DNA of 64,000 nucleotides from Podarcis muralis. Its lineage: Eukaryota. Location of the stretch: NCBI RefSeq assembly GCF_964188315.1, contig NC_135667.1, forward strand, positions 26,474,001-26,538,000. The letters are read 5' to 3'. The notes below the pieces were generated by a model. The model saw only the letters and a program-made list of their open reading frames with translations. It had not been told where the DNA came from and ran no database searches. This document shows, in pieces, positions 25,792 through 38,400 of the stretch; within the stretch, counting starts at the first letter, position 1, and each line of letters begins with the position of its first letter. The position numbers and the translations under genes are program-made.

Positions 25792-26112
25792 AACCTAAAC
25801 AGTATTTGAAGGCTCTGCCACGCTTAGGCCAGCTCAGTAAGCCAAAGCCCTGTTCCAGAATAGAGTTTGAATCAGAAATGCTTTACGCGGGCTTAACATA
25901 ACTTTATGCCAGCTTCCCATGTATAGGATTGCTCCCTATTTTAAAATTTTATTTTAATACACATGACTAATGAAGGTTCATGTTTTCCTAGGTCTGCTCT
26001 ATGTAAAACTTAATTTGATACAACATATTATCAAATTTGGAAAAGTTTTCCAGATATCCCTGGATAGGTGGATAAGACTCTAGTCTGAGTTTTCAGACTC
26101 TGTTGCAAAAGA

Positions 26113-26521
26113 TCAAATGTTTACCTTTCAGCAGCCTTGGAAATTAACGTCAGAGACCACAGCTCTGAACATGCACTCTTTAACTTGACAAAGAGCCACA
26201 GGCCCACTTTGTATCAATTCAATTCACCTTTGGACAACATATTGAGAGGGGAAAGGTTGGTATATGAGTTATAGGGTAACCCAGAGGGCAGTTTGCTTAA
26301 ATTCTTTGAAGTACGATAAGGCCAATGTCTATTTGTGCTGATTCTGGGGTGGAGGAATAACTTTGGCAGACTTTGTGTGACAAGATACCCCCTTAACAAA
26401 TATAATGTGTAAATATTTTATTAATGTAATTATTAGCAGGGATATTTATTGTGTCCTAACCAAGTATACGACCGCGAGGTGGGTTCTCATTAACCCAACA
26501 TGCATGTGATAAAGTATAAAA
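26113..26521 (+). promoter_or_regulatory. Albumin 1 proximal promoter: FOXA-, HNF6-, HNF4(DR1)-, HNF1-like sites and TATA box
   Basis: TGTTTAC 26118-26124; ATCAATTCAATTCACCTTTGGACA 26213-26236; TGTAATTATTAGC 26425-26437; TATAAAA 26515-26521. Each block is conserved in the paralog promoter. Factor assignments are by motif resemblance only. Confidence 0.7.
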
Positions 26522-26585
26522 GCTCCTCTGCCCCTTTGCTCTTTCTACCTTTCGCATCATCAAAGCCCCTAAACAATTTGGAACC

Positions 26586-29500
26586 ATGAAGTGGGTAACA
26601 TTCATTTCTTTTCTTTTCTTGGCAAGCTTGGCCGCGTCAAAACACCTACCCAGAAGGTACCGGCATGCAGGTAATATGCCATTTTATGTCATATAATGCC
26701 ATAAACCAGTTTGATTTGGTTGGTAAGATTAATGTTGCCTTTGTGATTTTTTAATGTGGGGGTTGAACCTCATTTTTAATAGCGATAGAAAAGTAAGTCA
26801 AGTGCACGATAAATACAGGGATTACTAATACATATTAAAGTCACAATGAGTGCAGTCCTGTGGCCCATGGGAGGCTGTCCAAGGTCCATAGGATCAGCTA
26901 GACTTCCCACTCTTGAGGGTACGGAGAAAGGAAGATCCAGCAGCCAATGTCTCCTCCCTCCACGGAGGGGTCCACTGCTACTTCATTTCTGATGCTGAAG
27001 TGCTGATATTGGGCAAGACTCATGCATCCCAGAGGCATGATGGGTGCTTGCATTCTCTTTTTAACTAATATGGCTGGAATTCTATACCCATTTACCACTG
27101 AGTAAAGCCTACCCAACTCAGTAGTGTTTTGGTCTGAACATATGTGCAAAGGCTTGTACTACTAGAAGCACTGAGTGAAATTTTGATTATTGTCTTCTTT
27201 ACAGGACATCAGGACACCATAGCACAAGCTACCGAAGTGACGCCTGATGAGTTTCGAGGGATGTAAGTCTTTTCAGGAAATTTATTTCCAAATGACTTGA
27301 GCAGATACAGAGGCTATGAACTACCACTAGCTTAATATTCTGGACTGCCAATAACAAAATTGTATGAAGCTATTATCAAATGAAGCGAGACACATTGTAA
27401 ACATTATAATCCAATATTGAGTTGACGAATCAGATTAATAGATTTAAAATCACTTGGTAAATAAATCGGGTTGCCCTTCAATTATTTTTTCAAGAATTAT
27501 AATTATTTATCAAATAGGGTCTTACTATAACAAAAACCAACCCCACAGAGGGTAAGAACTGTCTTAGAAAGGTCACTCCCCATTGTCTCTGATGACCCTA
27601 AGGACAGGCTTGGTGTCACCAGTAGGCGCCTTTGGGAAACTGCCAAGATCTTACCACCTCTGTGGAGCCCACAGTTGTTGGTGTCTTTCATAAGCAAACC
27701 TGCATTAATCGGCTGCGTCTGAGAAGCTTCTTTTTTTAAGATTTCAGAAAATCTGCGGTGTATTCTGCAGTGTTGGGGGGAATTTGAAATGGCAGCTTTC
27801 CCACCATTATGACCACTTCAGCAAAGGAAGTCCTCTCAACAAGCCTAGAACAATATCTTCCTATGGCATAACTGTTTAAAGTTATCTGAAAGCAATCACA
27901 ATCATTTTTATTTAAATGCTACTGTATGCACTACTAGTCAATTAATCTGCTCAAACTCATATAATGAATCTGGGAGGACTTATTAAATAGTGCAATAATC
28001 CTGGCTTGACTTATTCTCCATCAATAACTATTTGTACTAGCTGATTACATAAATAAGGTCAGCTCCTTCCTAAAGACTGTTTAGTTTCTCTATCTCATGA
28101 GGCCCCTATTTCCCCTCTGATATTTCTCATTGCATATTTTGAAAACCAGAGCTCAGATGCATTCCCATTCCTGGTCTGTTATACAAACTGAGACCCTATC
28201 CACATGGCTATGAAGTTAGGATTTCTTGCCCCAATATATATACAGTGGTACCTCGGGTTACATACGTTTCAGGTTACATACGATTCAGGTTACAGACTCT
28301 GCTAACCCAGAAATATTGCTTCAGGTTAAGAACTTTGCTTCAGGATGAGAACAGAAATTGTGCTCCGGTGGCGCAGCAGCAGCGGGAGGCCCCATTAGCT
28401 AAAGTGGTGCTTCAGGTTAAGAACAGTTTCAGGTTAAGTACGGACCTCCGGAACGAATTAAGTACTTAACCCGAGGTACCACTGTAATGGAATCTTTGCT
28501 TACATTGAATTGTATAAATGTCATTTTAATGTCTATCTACCCAGTTGTGAGAGATCTCTTTTAATCTCCTTACTATCCCATCTGGTTTTAACCACCCAAA
28601 AGAATGTGCTTGCTCTTAGAAGTCATGTAGAATATTGTTATACACAGAGGGAACATTTTTTCAAATAAATCATGTATGCATTTTCTAGTGCCCTAGTCAT
28701 ATCCTCTCAAGCCCTGCAACAAGCGACATATGAAGAGGTGTCAAAAGTAAAGAATGATATTGTAGAACTTCAGAAGAAATGTGCTGCTGATGAAAAATCA
28801 GATCCAGAATGTACAAAGCCTTTGGTAAGTGTTTGGGAGCTGAATTTAGAGAACATAGAAATAAAACTGTAAAGAAATGCAAAATATTGGGAACTGATCT
28901 ATGCAGAGATGTAGCACTCTAAAATGGGGAACTTATTAGTTTTAATAGCAGGTTACATTTCTTGTTGGAACATATCCAGGTCTACTATCTGATATTCAGG
29001 GATCTGGTAAGATACATGTTACAGTATTTTGCTTTCAGATTGTTTTTAACGTTTTATGCTTTTATTTTATGGTTTCTATCATTTTAATGTTGTCAGCTGC
29101 TTTCGTAGGGGCAGTGCAGCAGACTTTGGAGGAAGGCAGGAGATGACAGATGGCCATCTAACCTCTGCTTAAAAACCCCCAAGGAGGGACAGCCTATGTT
29201 TTCAGGTTCTGTCTCCTGGCTCAAAATATCTGCCTCTGTTCACTGGCAGGAGCATTTTGAGTTATAGGTTATCAAAAATATTTGTAGACCCCACCACGTA
29301 TCAGGACAGTGTACAACAAAGTTTCCATATACAAAATGTACAAAGTACAATAACAACAATATGGAACAATTATAAAGATGACTAGTTCATCTTTTAAAAG
29401 TTTCAGCAGAATAGACCTACCAACACAAAAATGTCTTCAAAAAATGTCTGACGATTAGCAGTGAGGATGCCTGCTAAATTTCTGCCAGAATAGTATTCCA

Positions 29501-32500
29501 CAACATGGGATCCATGACCCTATATGTCCAACTTCTACTTGAAGCTACCGTAATCAGGCTTTTGAAAACTAGAGGGCAACTCTTCCAGATGATCTCAGTG
29601 ATCAAACAGCAAAATAAGGGCTCATGCATTCTAGCGGTTTATAAACCAACTTAACTTTTCAATAAATCTGTCTGGTGACTGTCCTTTAAACCATGTAGAA
29701 TATAGAAACTCAATTCTATGGACAACTGCCAGTTTAACATTTAAGAGGCTTATATGGTCCACCGTCCCCCCCCCCCACACACAAAAAAAAGATGTTTTCT
29801 TTATGTGGACTAAGCAAACAGGCGACTGCAATTGCAACCAGTTAAGAGAACACTTTGCTTCCCTCCACCAGGGTACCGTTTTTCTGGATGAATTTTGTCA
29901 CGAGCAAGAAATTATTGCGAAATATGGATTTGCTGACTGTTGTGCTAAAGTTGACCCAGAAAGAAAAGACTGTATTCTGGCCCATAAAAATGGAACTCCA
30001 GGATTCATTCCTCCCTTTCAAAAACCATCTGCAGAGGAGGGCTGCAAAGCTTTTGAAGCAGACCCCGATCAAACCATGGGAAGGTAAGTAGATTGATTCA
30101 GTGCTGTAACTTTGAGGATTTGGCTGCCCTTTGTGAGAGGAACGAAACGAAGATAAGACGTACAAGTTTCTATTTCAAATCATCTATTCGATAACTGCAA
30201 ATTCTGACTGCTACTTCATTCAAGCTGTCAAAAATGAAAGATAACCTCACCTCCAAACAGCTGTGCTCCTTCATCAATGTCCTAGCCAGCCAGTCTGTAA
30301 TTTATCCCCACCTTCTCCTGGCCAGGGTTCTAGCTTGCTGACTAGACACACTATCGTCTAGGTTTTGCCATTCCATTCTCACCTATTTCCTCTTTTTCTT
30401 TTCAAACTAACACTTGATATGCTGTGGCAGCTGAGGATGCTCAGTCCTTACCAGGCTGGTGTGTGGTGGGATATCTGGCATTGTTTTGTTTTTTGTTTGT
30501 TTGTTTTAAGTAGGCATCTGCAAATCTGGGTGGCACGACCATGCTTCTCAGTGGTTCTGTTTAGGCTTCATAGGCATCTGAAAGGATTGCTTGAGTTTGC
30601 TATTGGAGGAAGTGATGTGGAATGCTACAAACTGACAAATCTCCTGCAATGAAATCTCTTGGATTTAAGTAGCCCACTTGCGTGCACAGTTGCAACCCGG
30701 GGCTCCATTGCGGGAATTTGAATTTATTTGTCTTTCCTTCTTCTTAGTAGTCTTGGATAAATGATTGCCCTCCCTCTGCTTTATATCATCATCTTAATTT
30801 ATAAAGGTGCTGACTACCACATTCTTTCATGCAAGAAAGTGCAGTTCGTGTTATTGAAAGGCAACTTTTTATCCTAGGTATGTCTATGAAATTGCCAGAA
30901 GATACCCTTTTTCAAAGACCTCCAGCATCTTTGCAGGAGCTGGAAAATATAAGGAGGTACTGACAACTTGCTGCAAGGAAGCTGACAAAGATGCCTGCTT
31001 TACAGAAAAGGTATTCCGTTATCATCCAAATAATGTAGCTGATGGTTAAGGAATTTACCTCTGCTAGGTTCTTAGGATATTTTTTTCCTACCTGCTTAGA
31101 CTACTGGTCAATCTAGCCAAATCTTGTCTACTCCTGGGATTCACACAGTAGGTTTTTTTTCTTTCCCTTCCCTGCACCAATCTAAACATTTTCTTTCTAA
31201 ATGCAAAGGATTGGAACCTGAGGCCTTCTGCATATAAAGCAGGTGTTTTATCCCTGAAGCACAGTCTCTGCCATAATTCTTCCTCAGACTTTGGCATTCC
31301 CCTGTACGGGGGGAATAACAGAACGCAAAATGTTAGAACCTATGGCACTTCCTGGTTTTTGTGAAAACTAAGTAACATGATGCAACTTGTAATTTACTTA
31401 TTTTTAAATAAACTTATTAAAAATACCTTTTGCAATAAAAAAGCATTGGCCCTGATTAACTGGAACACTCTCCCTCAATATAAATGCCCCAACCTCTAAG
31501 CCAGCCCAATGCAAGTCAAAACTCTCTCCCATGCTCTCTCCCACTCTTTCCTGCCCTTCTCTTGCCATAATTGCTGCTTGGACACTCACTGCAGGCAAAA
31601 CTAAGTCTTCTAGCCCTTATACTAATACAAGCTTATACAACATTGAATACTATGTACCAATTTGATGCTAGAAGCAGTTGTCAATTACCATTCCTATCCA
31701 GCTATGTTAGTTGCTCATTTGGCTGCCACTAATGTCACTNNNNNNNNNNNNNNNNNNNNNNNNNNNNNNNNNNNNNNNNNNNNNNNNNNNNNNNNNNNNN
31801 NNNNNNNNNNNNNNNNNNNNNNNNNNNNNNNNNNNNNNNNNNNNNNNNNNNNNNNNNNNNNNNNNNNNNNNNNNNNNNNNNNNNNNNNNNNNNNNNNNNN
31901 NNNNNNNNNNNNNNNNNNNNNNNNNNNNNNNNNNNNNNNNNNNNNNNNNTGAAACTTAAAAGTGTTTTAACTTGCCCAATAGTTTTGCAATGGATGTTGT
32001 TATGGCACTATTTTTTTTAAAAAAAAATACTTTACATTTGCGTGTTCAGACCCAGAAATTCCCCCCTAAATAAATTCACGCTTGACTGAAATTTTAGTTT
32101 GGATTTTGGCAGAATTTAGGCCACAACTTTATTGATTACAGAAAGTGACTGGTTGCATAGGCTCCAGTTCGAATAGCTCCCTGCCATGCAGGTAGCACTG
32201 ACCCAGGATTCCAGAATAGGTCAGCCAAGGGTGAAAACCTGGATAGGCAGAAAGTCGGGAACAAACTATGTCCGCCACCCAAATGTCCCCCTGGACTCAG
32301 GCACGGGCACAACCCCCTCTCAAGGGTTGACCAAACCATTTGAGTCTCTGGATTCCTTTAACAGAATACCCTTCACATAGGGATTGCCTATCCTGAACCA
32401 GGGCCTAGCCGCAAACTTACAAGTTGTGATGATATGCTACCCTGCAGGTGAAACCCAAATGGCAACAGCCAATCAGCCAAGTGGGGGAAATTCCTACCGT

Positions 32501-33400
32501 GCCCCTGTCCCAACAACAGACAACACACAACGGCATAGCAAGGTCAAGCACAAAGCCCTAAAAGTAGGGATAGGTGGGCAGGTGTTCCGAATGCACGCGC
32601 CAAAAGAGGAAGCTCTGGGTCACGTGCATGGGTATATAAAGGTCCCTCGATCCATTTGGACTGCGCCCATTGGCCAGATTGAACCCAGCTATGAGGGACC
32701 TACCAATCGGGTGTTGTGGCTTACCAATCTTACCCACCCACAACACAGGGATTCAGTTTCCAAGTCTCACCGCAACACATGCCCTCTTTAAGGGAGGACA
32801 CAATTTCCACCCTATCCTAACATTTTTAGAATGAGTCAAGCACATTTTCCTTCTGATTTCCATTTTTGTTGTTGCCATCATCATTATTGTTGTTAAAGTG
32901 TTGTTGTTGTTGTTGTTATTGCTACAGGCAACAGAAGTCTCAAAGTATTTGAGAAAAGAGTTTGCTCGACAAAAGCAGATATGCTCTGTCCACAGGAAGC
33001 TTGGAGAACTGCCCCTGCGGGCTCTGTAAGTTTAGCTGCATTGGGGGTAGTAAGGGGGTGAGGTGGGGCAGAGTGAATTACCTACATAGATTAAGTGTTC
33101 CAGAGAAAGTCGAAAACGAGACTAAAATATATCCATGCAAAACATGTGCCAAATGCACTTGTTTCTCGGATAGCATCCTTTTGAGGTGTTCATAGTATTA
33201 TAGCATCAGGAAAGAGCAATGTGAACATCAGGAAAGTTCCTGGGACATGACACTTTATCTAGCAGGAAGGAAGGAAGGAAGAATATGGGGGGTTCACAGG
33301 ATGCTAAATTTTGTACCCAAAATTTTGAAGCTTTTATCTGCTTGTGTGGAGCCATGGAAAGCAACACACACAAGCACACAGCCCAGATAGGCAGCATTTC

Positions 33401-33435
<35 letters not shown>

Positions 33436-35434
33436 ATGTTTGATTGTAGGACACAATATGTTTATCCTACTGATAATACTAGAATTAAATTGTAGCTGTC
33501 ATCCATCTCTCTTGGCACAATCGCAACATTTTGTTTATTATTTTTTTCAGAAAAGTTGCTCAGCTCAGTCAAAAGTTTCCAAAGGCAGATTTCCCTACAG
33601 TTCTCAAGCTTTCTGCGGATATTGTACATGCCTACACAGAATGCTGCAAGGGCGATACTCTGGAGTGCTTGCTTGATAGGGTAAGTTTTGTCAATTTCAA
33701 TGTAATTGACTTCAACTCAGCAATATGTTCTTGCTCAGAAAAGCCAGTTGTTTGGCATTTGCTGAATTTAGAACAGAGCTGGGTCAGGCAGACATAAGGC
33801 TTGTAGGACCTATTCTTTTCTGTGCTTATGTGTGCTCATTTATGCATATCCTCCTCCTCATCATCATCATCATATTTATTTTTATTGTGCCTTTTTCCCT
33901 GGCTGGGACTCCCAGCAGCTTACAGACAAAATAGTAACAGAAAAGAACATGTGGTGGTGGTGGGGAATCAATAATTAAAAACAACAATTAAACATTCATA
34001 AAGTTAAAACTGAACATATATCAGTCGGTGCTCCAAAGCCTGTGGGAATAGAAAACTAGTCTTTGTCTTTATAAACTCTGCTGTGAAAGAATCGGCTGTA
34101 AGAAAATGAACTGCTTTTGAATCTCTGTGTTTACTGACCAGAAATAATGACAAGTTTCATTCCTGTGCCCATTGCGCCTTGGTCCCAGTCAGGCCAATGT
34201 AAAAGTGATAAATTTATTTCAGTTGAAATAAGTTTATTTCAATTATGGTTTTGTGACTTGCATTAATATGCAGGATAATAATTGTTATATTGCATAATAA
34301 TAGTGATACGACAACAGATACTAACTTTCCCAGCTACTCTGGGTCTGCCAGATCACTGCCATAAATATTGACCAGATCCTTTCTTACAGGCTGACGTGTC
34401 AAAGTACATCTGTTCACATCAAGCCACTCTATCTTCTAAAGTGCACGACTGCTGTGAAAAGAGCCTGCTGGAACAAGGAGATTGCATAGCCCATTCGGAA
34501 AATGATGACAAGCCTGCAGATCTGTCTCCCACTGTCAGAGAATTCATTGATAACAAAGAAGTGTGCCAACATTATGCTGACAACAAGACTCTTCATCAGG
34601 CAAAGTATGCCATAGAAATCCCACACAATCTTTCATTCAACCCTACAGGGAGTTTTGAGTTTCAGCTAAACATGAAAACAGGGTGTTGAAGTGTGACTGG
34701 GGGGGAGGGGAGAGTCAGTTGGATATAACGATCTGAGCAAATAAATCTCCCCAAACAAGGACTGAAACAAAGTTGCAGGAAGACAAGAGGGAGAAGGCAT
34801 GAAAGAGAGAGTAGAGAAGGAGCAGGCTGGGGCAGGGAAGAGGAAAGCTAATTTGCTACAGAAGCAAGTATAGAAATTCTTCCTCCACTCTGTCCACTCA
34901 AATGGCTGACTCCACAGGGAGAGTTACAGATAGGTAGCCGTGTTGGTCTGCCATGGTCAAAACAAAAAAAATTCCTTCCAGTAGCACCTTAAAGACCAAC
35001 TAAGTTAGTTCTTCGTATGAGCTTTCGTGTGCATGCACACTTGTATTCACATGTATCTGAAGAAGTGTGCATCCACAGGGAGAGCGGCGCACAGACTAGG
35101 ACTTCTGTATGATCACAGTAGTTTTCTAGGAGGGAGGAGAGCTCAGATAGCGTTTGCTGTTGTTGTTGTTGTTGACAGCAGTAGCAGTTTTTGTAGTTGT
35201 TCTTGATATCATTATGAGTTATCTTTCCAAGGCTAATATGGCAAAATTCAATAGGGGAGAGGGGCAGAGAGCGGCCCAACAGTGACATCCGTCTTTTCCC
35301 CATATAATATTCCTGGAAGCAACACAATGTGACCACTCTGCCAAATCTCCTCTGTTGTGTAAAAAAATCTCTGTCCTTGATTTGGATCAGGAGTGCCTGA
35401 AACATTCTCTCTCCCTCTCTCCCCCCTCCACCCC

Positions 35435-35470
<36 letters not shown>

Positions 35471-38400
35471 CTGAATATTAATTGGGAGTTTCATATCTAA
35501 TGTACATGAAAGCTGGAAGTATTGCTGAGATATATTTGAATTTATTTGAACACTAAGCCAAAACTGGGAACCTCAGACCAGGGACCAAATGTGACTTGCA
35601 AAGCTTCCATACTGCACCAGATTGGCTAGGGCAATCTGGCTGGGAATAACAACAACAACAACAAACAAACAAACAAACAAACAAACAAACTATGCAGGCC
35701 ACACCCCTTACTAGCCTCATTTCCTTCAAGGACTTTTGCCTGGACGGAACATGTCCTTTAACTCAAATAATGATGTACAAATGTACAATTCAAATGTATT
35801 GCTGCAATTACTTTTGACTCTAGCCCTATACACCCCTGGCAGTGCCTCCCCTCCCTCCCTCCCACCAAAGGTTGCTGAGAAGGGAATGTAGCCCTCGGGC
35901 TGAAAAGTGTTCCCTTTCAGCGTTTATTTCTGTTGGTGTTAACACTGCCATCCTCATCTTCATACTCTGTTAATGGGATATTTCCTGTGTTTCAGGTTTG
36001 TGCATGAATATGGAAGGAGACACCCTGAGTTATCCCCAGAGTTGCTTGTGAGACTTGGCAAAGGCTATGGTGATTTGTTGGAGAAGTGCTGCCCTCTTGA
36101 GAATGTTGTGGAGTGCCTTGGCCATGGGGTGGGTTATGATTCATCTCCATACAAAGGATATTTGCTTGTTTCCTGATACGCAGAAGACAGGTTGTGAACA
36201 TTTTGTAGGACAGGTAGAACTAGCTCTTACAAAGCAGGGATATCTCCTAGGACTACCTTGGATGCAAACAATTGGACCTGGGAACTTTAGGGTGGCAAAG
36301 CAACCCTTTGGTGACAGGCATTGCCTATGTTCGGGTAACGGAAATAAAATTTCCTAAGGTGCATGTTTTTAAGCAAAATGATATAATTCACTCCTCTCAG
36401 AGTAATGCATAGAACTAAATGTAATCACCCTGTGGACTTCACATTTCTCTGAATTATTTGATCCTGTACCAAAAATGTACAAAAGGGATGTTTAGAAATG
36501 TGAGTGTTAAGATAAAATTTGCACTTAAAGACATGTTTTGCCATAAATATGACTTTCCTTTGTTGCCTCATAATAGGCTATTGCCATCCTTTAGCTCCCT
36601 CAGATGGATTCTTCTGTGTTGCCTCTTACACTGTAGGAAATGATGCTGTGAAATTTCATGTTTAGCCATTTTTATGTTTTAAAAAATGCCTTTGTCAATC
36701 CTCCTCTATGTTTACCTTCAATAAAGCTCTTGTCTTCTTTTGCATAAAAGGCATGCTACAGAGCCTGTTCAAACTTCCTCTCAAAGCTGCATCTTTTCTT
36801 ATAGTTCTGCTCTTAAAAATATACATATATCAGAAATTCTCCTTTCTTTCAGGAAGCAGAGCTCAAAAAACACATTTCTGACACCCTAGAAGTGATGAAG
36901 AAAAACTGTGAACTGCATGCGACAGCAGGAGACTACCTCTTCCAAAATGAGTATGTTTTTTATTGTCATAAGATTTCCAGCTTGTGAAAGGGGGCAAGAT
37001 GCTCAACAATTCATGTGAGCTCAGGATGCAAAAAACCTTTCTGAGACAAAACAACTTCAATGATTGCCCCCGCATCTGTTGAAGAGTAAAAATTCTAGCT
37101 GTTGTGCATCTCTCAGGAATTCACCGTCAGCTAAGTAATATGGTGCCCTACTAGCTGTGTAACAAAAATCAGAGTAAAAACTATCTGTGTGTTTGCTTAG
37201 GTAGAAACAGAAGGCTTTGTGGGGATGGGAAGAGCTCATGAAATGAAACTCCTTTTCCCCATAGTCCCACCATAGTCCTTAAAAGAAGCCTCGCTTGTCT
37301 TCTCAAACCTGAGAGACAATGAAATTTCCTCATTACTGCAAGGCGGGGGGGGGGGGGGGTTAAGCCGGGACTTGCCAGAACTCAGTTCCAGCACCTTTCA
37401 GGTGGGCACCATTGCCATTCTAAGAAAACGAAGGAGGCATTCATAGTGAGTTCCGGCACCTCCTTTTCTTGAAAAATAGCACTGTTGCAAGCCCACCTCA
37501 GATGAGCATGGCATCCCAAATGTCCTCTGACTAAGATCTCTTTGCAGGTTGCTTGTCCACTACACCAAGAAAGCACCCCAGCTGACTTTTGACCAACTGT
37601 ACGAATACACCAAGGGACTCACAAAAGCTGCTGCCAAATGCTGCCACGAAGATGAAGCCCACAAGCTACCATGTGCTGAGAAATATGTGAGCGTTTTCTT
37701 CTCCATATTTGCCTCTCTGTCTGTCCTTGCCCCTTCCCTTCCCACCCACCACCTCAGAATTCCATTAAGTGCCCAAACTGTTTGGGGATTTAAATGTAAT
37801 GGCAAGCTATTGGAATCGGGCTGAGAAGTAGGGAGAAAGGTTGTTTTCTGCTGCTCCAGAGAAGCAGACACGGAGCAATGGATCCAAACTACAAGAAAGA
37901 AGATTCCACCTAAACATTAGGAAGAACTTCCTGATAGTAAGAGCTGTTTGACAGTGGAATTTGCTGCCAAGGAGTGTGGTGGAGTCTCCTTCTTTGGAGG
38001 TCTTTAAGCAGAGGCTTGACAACCATATGTCAGGAGTGCTCTGATGGTGTTTCCTGCTTGGCAGGGGGTTGGACTCGATGGCCCTTGTGGTCTATTCCAA
38101 CTCTATAATTCTATGATTCTATTCTAAGTACAGAACAGCCATGGTCAGCCCAAGATATTGCAACATCTCTGGTGAAGTACGAAATGACATCCCTCTTATT
38201 CCATTTACGAATGCCAGTTACAATGGCATCAGGCTCTTGCTGGTAACAGGATAGCATCGTCCACTGCATCTAAGGGCACAGGTTTGGTCAGAGGCCATAG
38301 AAGCAGAGCTGTGCCCATTGCCTGCCCCTCATCACTTGCTTCCTAGGGATGGGCCATCTAGAAGAGCAACAAATGCTGGAGCATCATGCTCCAAACCATG

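Noticed and set aside
1-26000. Absence of ANKRD17 upstream of albumin as proof of translocation
   Set aside because: In mammals ANKRD17 lies farther away than this window covers. Only the presence of ORs is evidence here.
31662-31959. ORFs containing long poly-X runs
   Set aside because: Artefacts of translating the N gap.
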